From the IMG/VR virus record IMGVR_UViG_3300029985_000017, positions 64,001 through 128,000 of that record: a DNA stretch of 64,000 bases, one strand, 5' to 3'. The position numbers were made by a program, and so were the translations under genes. The stretch is from a virus. This document shows, one piece after another, positions 18,871 to 28,464 of the stretch. Positions within the stretch are counted from its first letter, which is position 1. The number at the start of each line of letters is the position of its first letter. The notes below the pieces were generated by a model. The model was given only the letters and a program-made list of their open reading frames with translations. It made no database searches and was not told the DNA's origin.

Positions 18871-19857
18871 ATGCCAAAAGTTGAAAGACCTGCAGCGGGC
18901 GTTAAAAGAATCAATTGCAAAGAAGAATTTGAAAGTTGCTATTTAAGGCACCAATATATTCGTAGGGCCAAATACAATCCTACTAGGGAAGAAATGGAAC
19001 CCTATAACTTTATTATAGAAAAGTTTGCCAGAAACACGTTCTATACGTATAAAAATCTATTTTTATTGGTAGGTCTTGATTTAGATGATGTTACCAATGC
19101 TGCTCAGGTTCATCTAATCAGTTATCTTGGTTTATTCGCATTGGAACGTAATCCCAAAAAATTGTCTGATTTCAAGAAACTGTTTAAAAACCGTAATTCC
19201 ATTAGATGTTCTAAAGAAGACCTGCTAAACAAGAATAAGGCTAACTTTACTTGTTTCATTAAACAACGCCTTGAAGACATGGTTAGGGTATGTCGTCAAA
19301 AGGCTAAAAATATTAAGGGATTGCGCCCAGAAGAGTTTATTGTATTTAAAGGTACAAAACAACCTCCCAAAGATATTGAGGACTTGCTAGAAAACCACGA
19401 AAAATATGAGTACCATCCAGTAGATGCTTCGGTTTTTAAAACTATTAAAAGGCGTATGAAAGATAAGCAGGAAGGGCCTGTATACCTTTGCAATGAACTA
19501 TGGTACGTTTGTGTTCCTATCAGAAAAAAAATGCTTAGTCTTACCGATTTTGCTTGCAAAAATTATGACCCATATGATAATCTACATAACATGAATCCAG
19601 AAGAGATTTATGAAGTCACTCAAGAATCTAGCTGGGAAGCTAAATGGTTAGAATTTAGTGTGTTAGAAGATGAAGATAAAGTTAAGATTGTAGAAGATTT
19701 TATTAAAGAAAACAATAAAAATCCTAAGTTTAAAGAAGAATTAAGAATCGCACGAAAATTTCTTGGCACAGAGTTTAAAGAAGGCAATCCTAAGAAAGTT
19801 ATAAATACTGTTAAACAGTCTGAATTGAGCATTAAAAATGGATCATCCAACATTTGA
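18871..19857 (+). CDS. Putative phage sigma-factor-like transcription protein
   Basis: LDLDDVTNAAQVHLISY...NFTCFIKQRLEDMVRVCRQK resembles sigma region 2. The similarity is weak. Confidence 0.4.
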   Translation: MPKVERPAAGVKRINCKEEFESCYLRHQYIRRAKYNPTREEMEPYNFIIEKFARNTFYTYKNLFLLVGLDLDDVTNAAQVHLISYLGLFALERNPKKLSDFKKLFKNRNSIRCSKEDLLNKNKANFTCFIKQRLEDMVRVCRQKAKNIKGLRPEEFIVFKGTKQPPKDIEDLLENHEKYEYHPVDASVFKTIKRRMKDKQEGPVYLCNELWYVCVPIRKKMLSLTDFACKNYDPYDNLHNMNPEEIYEVTQESSWEAKWLEFSVLEDEDKVKIVEDFIKENNKNPKFKEELRIARKFLGTEFKEGNPKKVINTVKQSELSIKNGSSNI

Positions 19858-20446
19858 AGAGATCGTAAGGGCTTGGGCCTTAGATTATGATGACCGCGTA
19901 CCCTCTGAAGGAAGGGAACGTAGGGAGGCCTTTATAGTTTTGTTAGGCAATCTAGCAGACCATGGCTTCCTTAAAGAAAGTGTTGATAGTTCCAAAAAAG
20001 AAAAGATTGTTCGCTCTTGTGTAAACCCTAATCATAGGGACAAAAAGAAACTTAAAAGTTGGATTTCAATGGTTGTAAACGACCTTGAAGCCGCGATGCT
20101 GGTTTACTATGGAACTGTCAAGATTCGTAGAGATGTTTTAACCCAAGAAATGTCTAATAAACTTGATGGGATGGCTAAAAAAGCTGAAGAAACTAGAGCT
20201 TTGAGGACACCAGATAGTGAAGAAGATTCTGAAGAAGATAATGTAGAGGAGCCTTTTAATTTAGATGGCATCCCTTTGGATATAAGTTCTAGCGCGATTC
20301 CTTTAGACTTTTCGGAAAAGCCTAAGACTAAAAGTGACCCTAAAGTAGTAGAGATGACTGATGAAGAGTTTGACGAGATAGACGGACCCGAACCAATTTG
20401 GGATACGGAACTCATGGAGAAGCTTGGGGTTAAATTAGATGAGTAA
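19838..20446 (+). CDS. Hypothetical protein with an acidic C-terminal half
   Basis: ORF coupled to the helicase gene. Confidence 0.7.
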   Translation: MDHPTFEEIVRAWALDYDDRVPSEGRERREAFIVLLGNLADHGFLKESVDSSKKEKIVRSCVNPNHRDKKKLKSWISMVVNDLEAAMLVYYGTVKIRRDVLTQEMSNKLDGMAKKAEETRALRTPDSEEDSEEDNVEEPFNLDGIPLDISSSAIPLDFSEKPKTKSDPKVVEMTDEEFDEIDGPEPIWDTELMEKLGVKLDE

Positions 20447-21593
20447 CCCAAAACCTATCTCTGAGGCTTTAGAAAAATTCAATGCTTCTTTAGAAAAAGA
20501 CAAAGAATTGGATAAAAAGAAAGAAAGTCTTAGAGAAAAGAAACTCATAGTAGATGATCACAAATATACTAATGAACTTGAAAAAATCAGACAAAATGAA
20601 TTGGATCTAAAAAGAATTACCGATTCTAATGTTGGTATTTTAGACGAAGAAAAGATTCTCAAGATCCAAGAAGAAAATAGAAACTACCTTAATAACCTAA
20701 ACGATTCTTTGGTTTTTCTAGATCCAAAGCTAACTAAACTAATTAGTGCATGGCCAGGAAATCTTATCTTGGTTGGTTCCTGCACCAATGGCGGGAAAAG
20801 TACATTAACCGCCAATTTGATGCTCAAGACTATTGGACAAAAGAGAGCAAGTGATGGAAAGAATAGAACGGTACTTGTAATCTCAAATGAAGAGTCACCT
20901 TATAGTGTTTATAATAGGTTGACTTGCTTAGTTAGAGGTTATAATTTTAATGATATTGATAATTTTACCCAAGAGCAAAAGGATGAATTAGTAGAATACG
21001 TCGGTAGATGGGCCAGACTTGGCATCACTGTCATAGAAGATGACGGACACGGACTAACCACTAGTTTAGAGGGTATCCAATCTATTTTTCAGAATTTATT
21101 CAAGACAAAGACCTGGTATGATATGGTGATTTTGGATTATATTCAAAAGGTTACCAATAGTAAGAGGGCAAATCTATCTGATTGGCAAGTAATGCTTAAA
21201 ACCATGGAGTGTTTGGATATTTACAAAAATACTTATCCAGCACCAATCGTTGTAACCTCGCAATTAAAAACCCAAACAAAAGACGGTGATAACAATGATA
21301 TGGACTTTAAAGAAAGACTGTGCGGACGAAAAGATATACTTAATCCGTGCACAGTTGGTATTGAACTAATACCAGATAGAGAACTTTCTCGTTCTAGATT
21401 CGTTCTTAGAAAAAGTCGTTATAGAGGCGAAAAAGTAGGGAGATTCCATGATATGGGATTTGAAAATGGTAAGTTCGTGCCTTATAGCGATGAATTTAAA
21501 GCTAAAGTAGCAAAAAAGAAAGAAGATAGAGAGTATAAAGATAGCCTTGGTAAGCACGGAATAGAAAACAAAGAAACAAAGGAGCAAGTATGA
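20439..21593 (+). CDS. DnaB-like SF4 replicative helicase
   Basis: Motifs GSCTNGGKST, ISNEE, ILDYIQ, TSQL and KSR. Confidence 0.85.
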   Translation: MSNPKPISEALEKFNASLEKDKELDKKKESLREKKLIVDDHKYTNELEKIRQNELDLKRITDSNVGILDEEKILKIQEENRNYLNNLNDSLVFLDPKLTKLISAWPGNLILVGSCTNGGKSTLTANLMLKTIGQKRASDGKNRTVLVISNEESPYSVYNRLTCLVRGYNFNDIDNFTQEQKDELVEYVGRWARLGITVIEDDGHGLTTSLEGIQSIFQNLFKTKTWYDMVILDYIQKVTNSKRANLSDWQVMLKTMECLDIYKNTYPAPIVVTSQLKTQTKDGDNNDMDFKERLCGRKDILNPCTVGIELIPDRELSRSRFVLRKSRYRGEKVGRFHDMGFENGKFVPYSDEFKAKVAKKKEDREYKDSLGKHGIENKETKEQV

Positions 21594-21964
21594 CACATGA
21601 ACAAATCCAAGAATTGAATAATTTGAGTATGGCAGTTTTTCGTAGCAAGAGCAAATGGCGTAAGATGGTAGAACAAGGGGTAGCAGAACTTGTGGTGGAA
21701 GATACGACCAGGTTGACATCGGATGGTACTGAAACTACCGTCAAGACTGCTAAAATGCATGTTGGAGCTAAAGGTGGAGAAGTACCCCAATATACTTTGC
21801 AACGGTATACGCCTGAATCTGTTAAGGAATTTATGCTTAAAGTTATATATGAGCGCCAACTATATTTTGATGCCATTAGAAAAGTTAAGGAAAAAGAAGA
21901 AGAAGATCTTAAAAAAGAACTACAAAAACAAGCTGTTGAAGAAGCCTCGGGAACATCAGTTTAA
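21590..21964 (+). CDS. Hypothetical protein
   Basis: AAGGAG RBS and ATGA overlap. Confidence 0.7.
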   Translation: MTHEQIQELNNLSMAVFRSKSKWRKMVEQGVAELVVEDTTRLTSDGTETTVKTAKMHVGAKGGEVPQYTLQRYTPESVKEFMLKVIYERQLYFDAIRKVKEKEEEDLKKELQKQAVEEASGTSV

Positions 21965-21966
21965 AC

Positions 21967-21995
21967 TTGACTTTTATAAATCCTCGGGATAAGAT
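21967..21995 (+). promoter_or_regulatory. sigma70-type promoter, probably leaderless
   Basis: TTGACT-17-TAAGAT, with the ATG at 22002 six nt downstream. Confidence 0.65.
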
Positions 21996-22001
21996 ATGGG
22001 T

Positions 22002-22871
22002 ATGGAAGATTTAAAAACTTTCTTAAGCCTAATGTTTGATCCCGAGGACACAGTAATAGTCTCAGATTCAAAATTTTCAATGCATGCAGTACCATTGCCC
22101 ATGGTTTTTTCTGGGGAAGTAACCTTAGTACCTTCCAGTCAGAACATGCAAATTAAAAAGGTTAAATCAGATCAGTTGATCTTTGCTGCCCTAAATCCTA
22201 CTAAAGGTTTTAGAAAAGATAGTAATTGTTATAAACTAAGAAATTTCTTGGTTGAAATGGATAATTACGAAAGAAACGCTCAAATTCAATATATCAAAGA
22301 GACAGGTTTACCATATTCTGGTATGGTCTGGAGCGGTTCAAAATCAGTTCATACTTTAGTATCATTAGAAGAAGATACACTAAGCGAAAAAGAATACCGC
22401 ATACTATATAAATGGATGCTTAATATCGTAGCCCTATCAGACCAAGCTTTGGGCAATCCCTCTAGGAGCATAAGGTTACCTGGAGCTATTAGAGCTGAAA
22501 CCGGTAATATACAGGAGCTTATAGAGCTTAAAACCAGGATTAAATTAGAAGACTTCATGGTTTGGCTTAATCGCTATCCAGATTTAAGACCAAAAGTAAA
22601 GGAACATAAAAAACACTTGACAAATGGTTTTGACTATGAGAAGCTAAGTCTATGGGCCACAGCTCAATTTAAGAATGGAATAGATTTTACTAACGGTAGA
22701 AATAGGGCTTTTTTTAATCTTTCTTGTGATTTGTATAGTAGCGGCCTTACAGAGGATGAAGCGGTAGAAGTTTTGAACCAATATTTTATAGAAGAGCATG
22801 ATTTTAGAGAAAAAGAATTTTTAAAGACTATATCTCAAGCATATAGTTTTATGGCAAATAAAGGCAAATGA
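22002..22871 (+). CDS. AEP-superfamily primase with a PriCT-like C-terminus
   Basis: Motifs VEMD, WSGSKSVH, D...SRSIRLPG, and C-terminal GRNRAFF. Confidence 0.75.
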   Translation: MEDLKTFLSLMFDPEDTVIVSDSKFSMHAVPLPMVFSGEVTLVPSSQNMQIKKVKSDQLIFAALNPTKGFRKDSNCYKLRNFLVEMDNYERNAQIQYIKETGLPYSGMVWSGSKSVHTLVSLEEDTLSEKEYRILYKWMLNIVALSDQALGNPSRSIRLPGAIRAETGNIQELIELKTRIKLEDFMVWLNRYPDLRPKVKEHKKHLTNGFDYEKLSLWATAQFKNGIDFTNGRNRAFFNLSCDLYSSGLTEDEAVEVLNQYFIEEHDFREKEFLKTISQAYSFMANKGK

Positions 22872-23368
22872 TGAAACGTGATGATGAAATCAACAGATTA
22901 ATCAAATATGCCCAAGGGCTTAACACTATGGTTAAGTTCAAGCAAGTTAAAGGTCCTAATTTAGATGCTGCCGAGTGGAATATAGATGGATCGGAAATAA
23001 CCGTATACACAAAGCCTAAAACTGCAAAAATAGATATCGTGCTTTGTTTAATTCATGAGCTAGGGCATCAACTAGAACACATTCATGGTAATAATAGAGA
23101 ATTAGATGAAAAACTAGATGAAGCTTTGGAACCAGAAGAAGCCAATAAAAAACATCGTAAAAATCTATATAATTGGGAACTAAAAGGATCGACTTGGTGG
23201 GAAACCATATATAAAGAAACTGATTGCCAATTTAATATAAATAGGCTTTATAAAGAAAAAGAATACGATCTATGGCAATATGTTGTTTATTGCGAAAAGG
23301 GTAAATTTCCAACACATAGCGAAAAAAAGAAAAAACGTAAAGAGCTTAAAAGTAAATACAAAGTATGA
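22868..23368 (+). CDS. HExxH zinc metallopeptidase-like protein
   Basis: LIHELGH with a downstream E (NWE). Confidence 0.6.
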   Translation: MMKRDDEINRLIKYAQGLNTMVKFKQVKGPNLDAAEWNIDGSEITVYTKPKTAKIDIVLCLIHELGHQLEHIHGNNRELDEKLDEALEPEEANKKHRKNLYNWELKGSTWWETIYKETDCQFNINRLYKEKEYDLWQYVVYCEKGKFPTHSEKKKKRKELKSKYKV

Positions 23369-23952
23369 GCGAATATCTTGAAGTAGAATGCAAATATAAT
23401 GCGGACGGAATAGATCGCATGGTTTTCAAGGACCTAGCCAAAAGTTTGGGTCCTAAACGCTTTATGTATGTAGAATCTACTGATATTTATTATGTTAAAG
23501 GCGAAGATGAATTTTTAAGATACAGGATGCCATCTGAAAATAAATTAAATGGAGACGAAGAAAATAGATCTGAACTTACTTTTAAGAAGAAGCATAAAGA
23601 AGGTAATAATTGGGTTAGAACCGAAGTTAATCTTAGGATTGATTTAAATAAACCAGAGTTAGTTAATGCCTTTTGCGAAGGTTTGGGTTATACAAAGAAT
23701 TTTTCTATTTGTAAAAGTTGTGATATATATTTTTGGGATGACGCTGATATAGTATTTTATAGCGTTAAAGGCGAAGATGGCAAATATGCCCACTATCTTG
23801 AAATTGAAGCCAATGAAGATATTGGGATGACCTCAGAACAAGCGTGGGAAGTTATCTTGAAATATGAAAAACTTTTAGCTCCACTAGGAATTACTCCACA
23901 AAAACGTAAAAAGCTATCCTTATTTGAAATGTATAAAAAGGACATCAAATAA
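23365..23952 (+). CDS. CYTH-domain protein (CyaB / triphosphate tunnel metalloenzyme)
   Basis: N-terminal ExExK (EVECK), DIYY, LRYR, LTFK, RTE and LEIE. Confidence 0.85.
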   Translation: MSEYLEVECKYNADGIDRMVFKDLAKSLGPKRFMYVESTDIYYVKGEDEFLRYRMPSENKLNGDEENRSELTFKKKHKEGNNWVRTEVNLRIDLNKPELVNAFCEGLGYTKNFSICKSCDIYFWDDADIVFYSVKGEDGKYAHYLEIEANEDIGMTSEQAWEVILKYEKLLAPLGITPQKRKKLSLFEMYKKDIK

Positions 23953-24215
23953 TGTCAGATATAGAAGATAAGCATCAAAAAATAGCTGCTAGAGTAAAGA
24001 ACCTAGCTAGAAGCCACGACGCACACTTGACGCCCATGGGAGATGTTTTATGCAATTTATTCTCCTTTGTTCTAATGGATTTGTATAGTTTTGCTGAAAC
24101 GTTGCCGGAATCCCATAAAACTAACCTGTTAGAGTTAATTAAGAGTAAAGAAGATTTTCCAAGAAATATTATTGAACTCGGAAACAAAGTTAAGAAAAAA
24201 GATAAGGGTGTTTAA
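23952..24215 (+). CDS. Hypothetical protein
   Basis: TAATG coupling at both ends. Confidence 0.65.
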   Translation: MSDIEDKHQKIAARVKNLARSHDAHLTPMGDVLCNLFSFVLMDLYSFAETLPESHKTNLLELIKSKEDFPRNIIELGNKVKKKDKGV

Positions 24216-25195
24216 TGAAGCAAGAATTTTTATTGGGGTGGGGTGATCCCATTTGCGTTAGACAAGCTCTTGTAGAAACACTAGACAAGGAAAGCTTTTC
24301 GTTTGCTAAAATTAAACTAGATAAAATGGGATATCCAGATCATTATGGCGCTCCTAGCCTAATTGAGCGGCTAAAAGATTTGGAATTAAGGCAATCTGGA
24401 CATAGACCAAAGCACCTATTTATTACTTGTGGAGCTACTGGCGCATTAAATGCAGCCTTGCACGCTTTAAAAACCATTCATACCGATTGGGTCGTGACCA
24501 ATAAGAGATACTTTCCTATATACCCAACTATTGTTGGGTTAACCGATATGGTCATGATTGACCGAGCAAAAAAAGAAGAACTTTGTAATAAAAGTAACGG
24601 ATGTAAGGAACACAACTTTATAATTTTAACTGATAGTCCAAGTAATCCAGAGGGTATAGTCTATCCCTTTCATAATGTAGATATCTGGGATATGGCATAT
24701 GCATCAAGTACCTATAGTAGGGGTGGCCATGTGCCAGCAAAATATGGGATCGCCTGTGGGAGTCTTTCCAAAACCCTAGGATTGGCTGGACTCAGATTGG
24801 GATGGGTCAGTACTGACGAAGACCTATTGGCAGACAGTTTGGGCAATTATGTAACAGCCACATATGTAGGGTTATCTTCGGCTTCTATGGCCATAGCCGA
24901 ACAAGTTATTTCAGAATTAGATTTCTATCTGTTTGAATCCAAATCTCGAAGTTATCTAGACGACAACAGGGAAGAAATTCAAAAACTTTTGACAAAATTT
25001 GGACAGGGTTTTGTTCCTGTTAATGGTATGTTCGCTATATTAGAATTGGGTAAATTAGAAAGAAAAGCTTTAGAGAAAGCCAATATCAAATGGCAGTCAG
25101 GATCTTCATGGGGAGAAACCGATGATTGGGCCAGATTAAGTTTAGGCCAGACCAGGGAGATCACTAGGGCGGCAGTTAAAGCGGTCTTAAAATGA
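24215..25195 (+). CDS. PLP-dependent aminotransferase, class I/II
   Basis: Motifs TCGATGAL, SPSNPEG, DMAY, SLSKTLGLAGLRLGW (PLP Lys) and RLSL. Confidence 0.9.
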   Translation: MKQEFLLGWGDPICVRQALVETLDKESFSFAKIKLDKMGYPDHYGAPSLIERLKDLELRQSGHRPKHLFITCGATGALNAALHALKTIHTDWVVTNKRYFPIYPTIVGLTDMVMIDRAKKEELCNKSNGCKEHNFIILTDSPSNPEGIVYPFHNVDIWDMAYASSTYSRGGHVPAKYGIACGSLSKTLGLAGLRLGWVSTDEDLLADSLGNYVTATYVGLSSASMAIAEQVISELDFYLFESKSRSYLDDNREEIQKLLTKFGQGFVPVNGMFAILELGKLERKALEKANIKWQSGSSWGETDDWARLSLGQTREITRAAVKAVLK

Positions 25196-25287
25196 TTGAC
25201 GATTTTATTGTAACAGTAGTTTACTTCATCGCTTTAAACGGTCTTGGATTTGCTTTCTTGGTATACATAAAAGAGATATTTCTATGA
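25192..25287 (+). CDS. 31-aa single-pass membrane peptide (not in the ORF track)
   Basis: MIDDFIVTVVYFIALNGLGFAFLVYIKEIFL*, with ATGA overlaps to both neighbours. Confidence 0.6.
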   Translation: MIDDFIVTVVYFIALNGLGFAFLVYIKEIFL

Positions 25288-25514
25288 TTACTCCTGAACA
25301 GCTAATCAGAGATTTGCAAAAAGAAAATGAACGACTTAAAGAAGAGCTTAATCAAACTCAATCGGATTTAGAAGACTTCGAGTCTATGGCCAAAGTTTGG
25401 ATGCAGTCTTATAACGAAGAAGTTCCAAAACTTAAAAAGCGAATTATGGAATTAGAACAAGTTGTAGAAGAGCTAGACAACGAACTAAAAGAAAAAAGAT
25501 CCGAACCAAATTAA
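25284..25514 (+). CDS. Small coiled-coil protein
   Basis: Heptad-rich ORF, last gene of the + strand operon. Confidence 0.65.
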   Translation: MITPEQLIRDLQKENERLKEELNQTQSDLEDFESMAKVWMQSYNEEVPKLKKRIMELEQVVEELDNELKEKRSEPN

Positions 25515-25527
25515 TGATTCGGATCTT
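25492..25527 (-). terminator. Intrinsic terminator at the convergence of the two arms
   Basis: AAGATCCGAA/TTCGGATCTT inverted repeat, followed by a U-run on the - strand. Confidence 0.7.
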
Positions 25528-25550
25528 AATTGTTTTAATCAAATATTAAT

Positions 25551-27716
25551 CTATGAAGCTACATAGTAAATATTGACATAGGTATATATAGGTGTAGTGC
25601 CGCCATTGAAAACTGCGGCATTTGCCGGACGTAAATCGACGTAGTCTCCAGAATTTAGAGAAATAAGCAAGTTTCCAGATACGTTGTAATCTTCTGCGCC
25701 CGCGTTACCATACACACCACCGATGCTGAAAGTTTGAGTTCCATTTTTGTATAGATTAAACGAGCCACCCGCATTAGTGGTATCCCAAGAGGCATTAAAT
25801 CCCACAAAATAGACACCGGTACTTGGAGCAGTAAATTTCCATGATGTTCCAGTAGTAACCGCATTAGCAGTATCAATTAATTTAGTATCGAAATTCATCT
25901 GAGCATTTGAGCCAGGCGTTAAAGTAGATGGAGAAACGTAGTAAGATGCTACAATAGGTGCGCTAAGTCCCGTTCCGCCATTCGCTACAGCCACAACACC
26001 GGTTACGTTTGTTGCGGTCCCAACCGCACCGTTATTGTAATAGGTCGTAATAATGATAGCGCCTGAACCACCGGCACCACCGTTGCCACCACCAGTACCA
26101 TTAATTCCTGCAGTTCCACCAGCTCCAACAGCATAGCTATAGGTAGACGCAGGGCCTATAATGGTTGCGTAGACATAACCGCCAGCTGCGCCACCATATC
26201 CTGGAAAAGCATTGCTCGCGTTTTCCGAGCCGCCGCCACCACCACCCGAACCAGTATTTGCTACGGCACTACTGCCAGTTGCACCATATCCGCCGCCGCC
26301 AGCACCACCAAAAGGTGATGAGCCGCCGACTCCTCCGTACCCATTTTGATTGGCGTTACCGGAGGCTCCGCTGCCCGTAGAGCCCGTGAGTGCGATACCG
26401 GTAGGGCCTGAGCCTAGAGATGCAGTGCCTCCTGAAGCTGGGCTTGTGGATGAACCAGTAGAGGGTCCACCACCGCCACCATTAGCAACTAATAGTGAAG
26501 TTCCGAAAGTTGTGTTACCACCAGCACCACCAGCACTACCATATCCGGATGTTAACCCGCCGCCGCCGCCTCCACCACCGCCACCGACCATCTGTACGGT
26601 AATATAGCTTGCGTTTGCAGGAGTAGTAAATGTTCCACTGCCTGAAGTAAGGGTCGTAATAGTTGGAGTATATGCCCCACCATTACCGGCAGCTGCACCT
26701 TGACCGTTGTAATAGTATTCTGTAACGATGATAGCACCTGAACCACCAGCGCCCCCGGCAAGTCCTGACGTGCCTGCAGAACCTGCAGTTCCTGCAGCCC
26801 CTACAGCATAAGCATAAGTAGCCAAAGGATTTGTAATAATGGCTTTTACGTAACCGCTAGCTCCACCACCAGCACCACTGGTAGCTGAAGTTATTGATCC
26901 TAAACCACCACCACCACCGCCTGCGCCTGTATTTGAAGCAGCTGCGTATCCAGGTTCAGAATTAGATCCGCCGCCGCCAGCGCCACCAAATGGATTGCTT
27001 CCGCCGCCACCACCTAGTACATATGGGCTACTTGCAGCGCCAGTATATGCCCCGCCATTACCAGTTCCTCCAGTGAGAGCTATTCCTGTTGGTCCCGATC
27101 CGAGAGAAGCGGTGCCGCCAGCTCCACCAGCAGTTTGAAGTCCAGGAGCCCCAGTTGCCCCATTACCACCATTAGCAACTAATAGTGAAGTACCAAATGT
27201 AGAGTTTCCGCCGTTTCCGCCAGCACTACCGCCATTAACTCCGGAGCCACCGCCGCCGCCACCGCCGCCAACCATTTCAACTTGAATAAATGCGACGTTT
27301 GCAGGAGCAGTATAAGTTCCAGAACCAGAAAGGAATTTTTGAACGGTAGGGCCAGGAGCGCCTGTACCAGTTCCAGCAGCTGATAGAACTGCCCACGTAC
27401 CAGCAGAAGTTCCGTTTGTTTGAAGGACTACAGTAATAGAAGTAAGGGAGGCAAGGTTAGCATAGTTATGGCCAGATGCGTCGGTAAAAGCTGCGCCACC
27501 ATTGAATTCTAGTGCGATAATGCCGGTAGATTGATTAAAAATTTCAAATTGTTGCCCAATAACCATTGTAGTGGCGTTAGGTAAAACCACCGTCTGGGTA
27601 GTAGAGCCAGTAAAGATCTGGATAGTCTTACTAGTATTTATTAATGTTGTGGTTGTTGCTGCAGTTGCAGTAACCGCCACTTGAGAAATTTGCATGCCAA
27701 ATTGAAAGCAACCCAT
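25551..27716 (-). CDS. Glycine-rich fibre / receptor-binding protein with a C-terminal C1q-like domain
   Basis: Two copies of a glycine-rich domain (SGSGTxTxPAN..VxMVGGGGGGG). The C-terminus has FDT...FTAPSTGVYF...LNSGDYV. Confidence 0.8.
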   Translation of the reverse strand: MGCFQFGMQISQVAVTATAATTTTLINTSKTIQIFTGSTTQTVVLPNATTMVIGQQFEIFNQSTGIIALEFNGGAAFTDASGHNYANLASLTSITVVLQTNGTSAGTWAVLSAAGTGTGAPGPTVQKFLSGSGTYTAPANVAFIQVEMVGGGGGGGGSGVNGGSAGGNGGNSTFGTSLLVANGGNGATGAPGLQTAGGAGGTASLGSGPTGIALTGGTGNGGAYTGAASSPYVLGGGGGSNPFGGAGGGGSNSEPGYAAASNTGAGGGGGGLGSITSATSGAGGGASGYVKAIITNPLATYAYAVGAAGTAGSAGTSGLAGGAGGSGAIIVTEYYYNGQGAAAGNGGAYTPTITTLTSGSGTFTTPANASYITVQMVGGGGGGGGGGLTSGYGSAGGAGGNTTFGTSLLVANGGGGGPSTGSSTSPASGGTASLGSGPTGIALTGSTGSGASGNANQNGYGGVGGSSPFGGAGGGGYGATGSSAVANTGSGGGGGGSENASNAFPGYGGAAGGYVYATIIGPASTYSYAVGAGGTAGINGTGGGNGGAGGSGAIIITTYYNNGAVGTATNVTGVVAVANGGTGLSAPIVASYYVSPSTLTPGSNAQMNFDTKLIDTANAVTTGTSWKFTAPSTGVYFVGFNASWDTTNAGGSFNLYKNGTQTFSIGGVYGNAGAEDYNVSGNLLISLNSGDYVDLRPANAAVFNGGTTPIYTYVNIYYVAS

Positions 27717-27729
27717 AAAACCCCTTTAA

Positions 27730-28437
27730 TTACAGATACTTAAATCTGAAACCCTTCATTTGTTTATATATACCGCTAGCAACCTGAGCAACTCCAGATT
27801 TGCTAATAGAAAGCTCTTTAGCTGCGTGTACTGCAGAATCATAGATTATGCCATTATCAAGACAAATAACTTTTTTACTTGCATTATTGTTATTTAAGCC
27901 CTTACCTTTTTTAGATTCAGATATTTTCTTGCAAGTTTCTTGAGAAAAAGTTTTGCCTCTATTGAAAGAAGGTTTACCAAATCTATGGTTCTTTTCTCCT
28001 ATTTGGGCTTCAGACATCTTTTTTCTAGTTTCTTCAGAACGTTTGATACCCTTATTGGCCAATATTCCCATTTCCCTACATTTTTCTGGCATGGGTTTAC
28101 CTTTTTTGGCATCTGACATTTTCTTCTTAGAAAATTCATTGAGAACGCTATTATGCCCACCTGTCATCATATTGTAGCCATTTGGCCATAGACTGTTAAG
28201 TTCTCTAATATATTGCTCTTCTTTTTTGTTAAGTTCTTCTATAGAAGAAGCAGAATCAATCACAGCAAATTCAAAATTCTCAAATCCATATTTATTTATG
28301 GCATTATACAATGGCAAATTACGTGTTCTTTTAGAGGCACAATACTTATGTTCCTTAATACGTTCAGAAAAACCTCTTATGGTTTGGCCCACGTATTCCT
28401 TTCCATTAATAATGTTAGTTGCCTTATAAATAACCAT
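27730..28437 (-). CDS. Free-standing GIY-YIG homing endonuclease with NUMOD3/NUMOD1 repeats
   Basis: VIY...YVGQT, R..EH, GYN, repeated SEETRKKMSEA-like units, and a C-terminal helix-turn-helix. Confidence 0.9.
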   Translation of the reverse strand: MVIYKATNIINGKEYVGQTIRGFSERIKEHKYCASKRTRNLPLYNAINKYGFENFEFAVIDSASSIEELNKKEEQYIRELNSLWPNGYNMMTGGHNSVLNEFSKKKMSDAKKGKPMPEKCREMGILANKGIKRSEETRKKMSEAQIGEKNHRFGKPSFNRGKTFSQETCKKISESKKGKGLNNNNASKKVICLDNGIIYDSAVHAAKELSISKSGVAQVASGIYKQMKGFRFKYL

Positions 28438-28449
28438 TCTTACTTAACC

Positions 28450-28464
28450 TATATCATAAAGATT
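28450..28464 (-). promoter_or_regulatory. Putative late promoter motifs (AATCTTTA overlapping TGATATAG)
   Basis: The - strand reads AATCTTTATGATATAG just upstream of the endonuclease start. Confidence 0.5.

Noticed and set aside
10148-21593. Inteins in DnaE, RecA or the helicase
   Set aside because: No C...HN-C/S/T splice junctions or LAGLIDADG blocks, and the protein lengths are ordinary.
25551-26000. Diversity-generating retroelement target in the C1q-like tip
   Set aside because: No reverse transcriptase and no template repeat with adenine-specific mismatches were seen in the window.
27730-28437. Group I intron around the GIY-YIG gene
   Set aside because: The flanks are only 13-25 nt, both neighbours have their own start and stop codons, and no P7-type core is visible.
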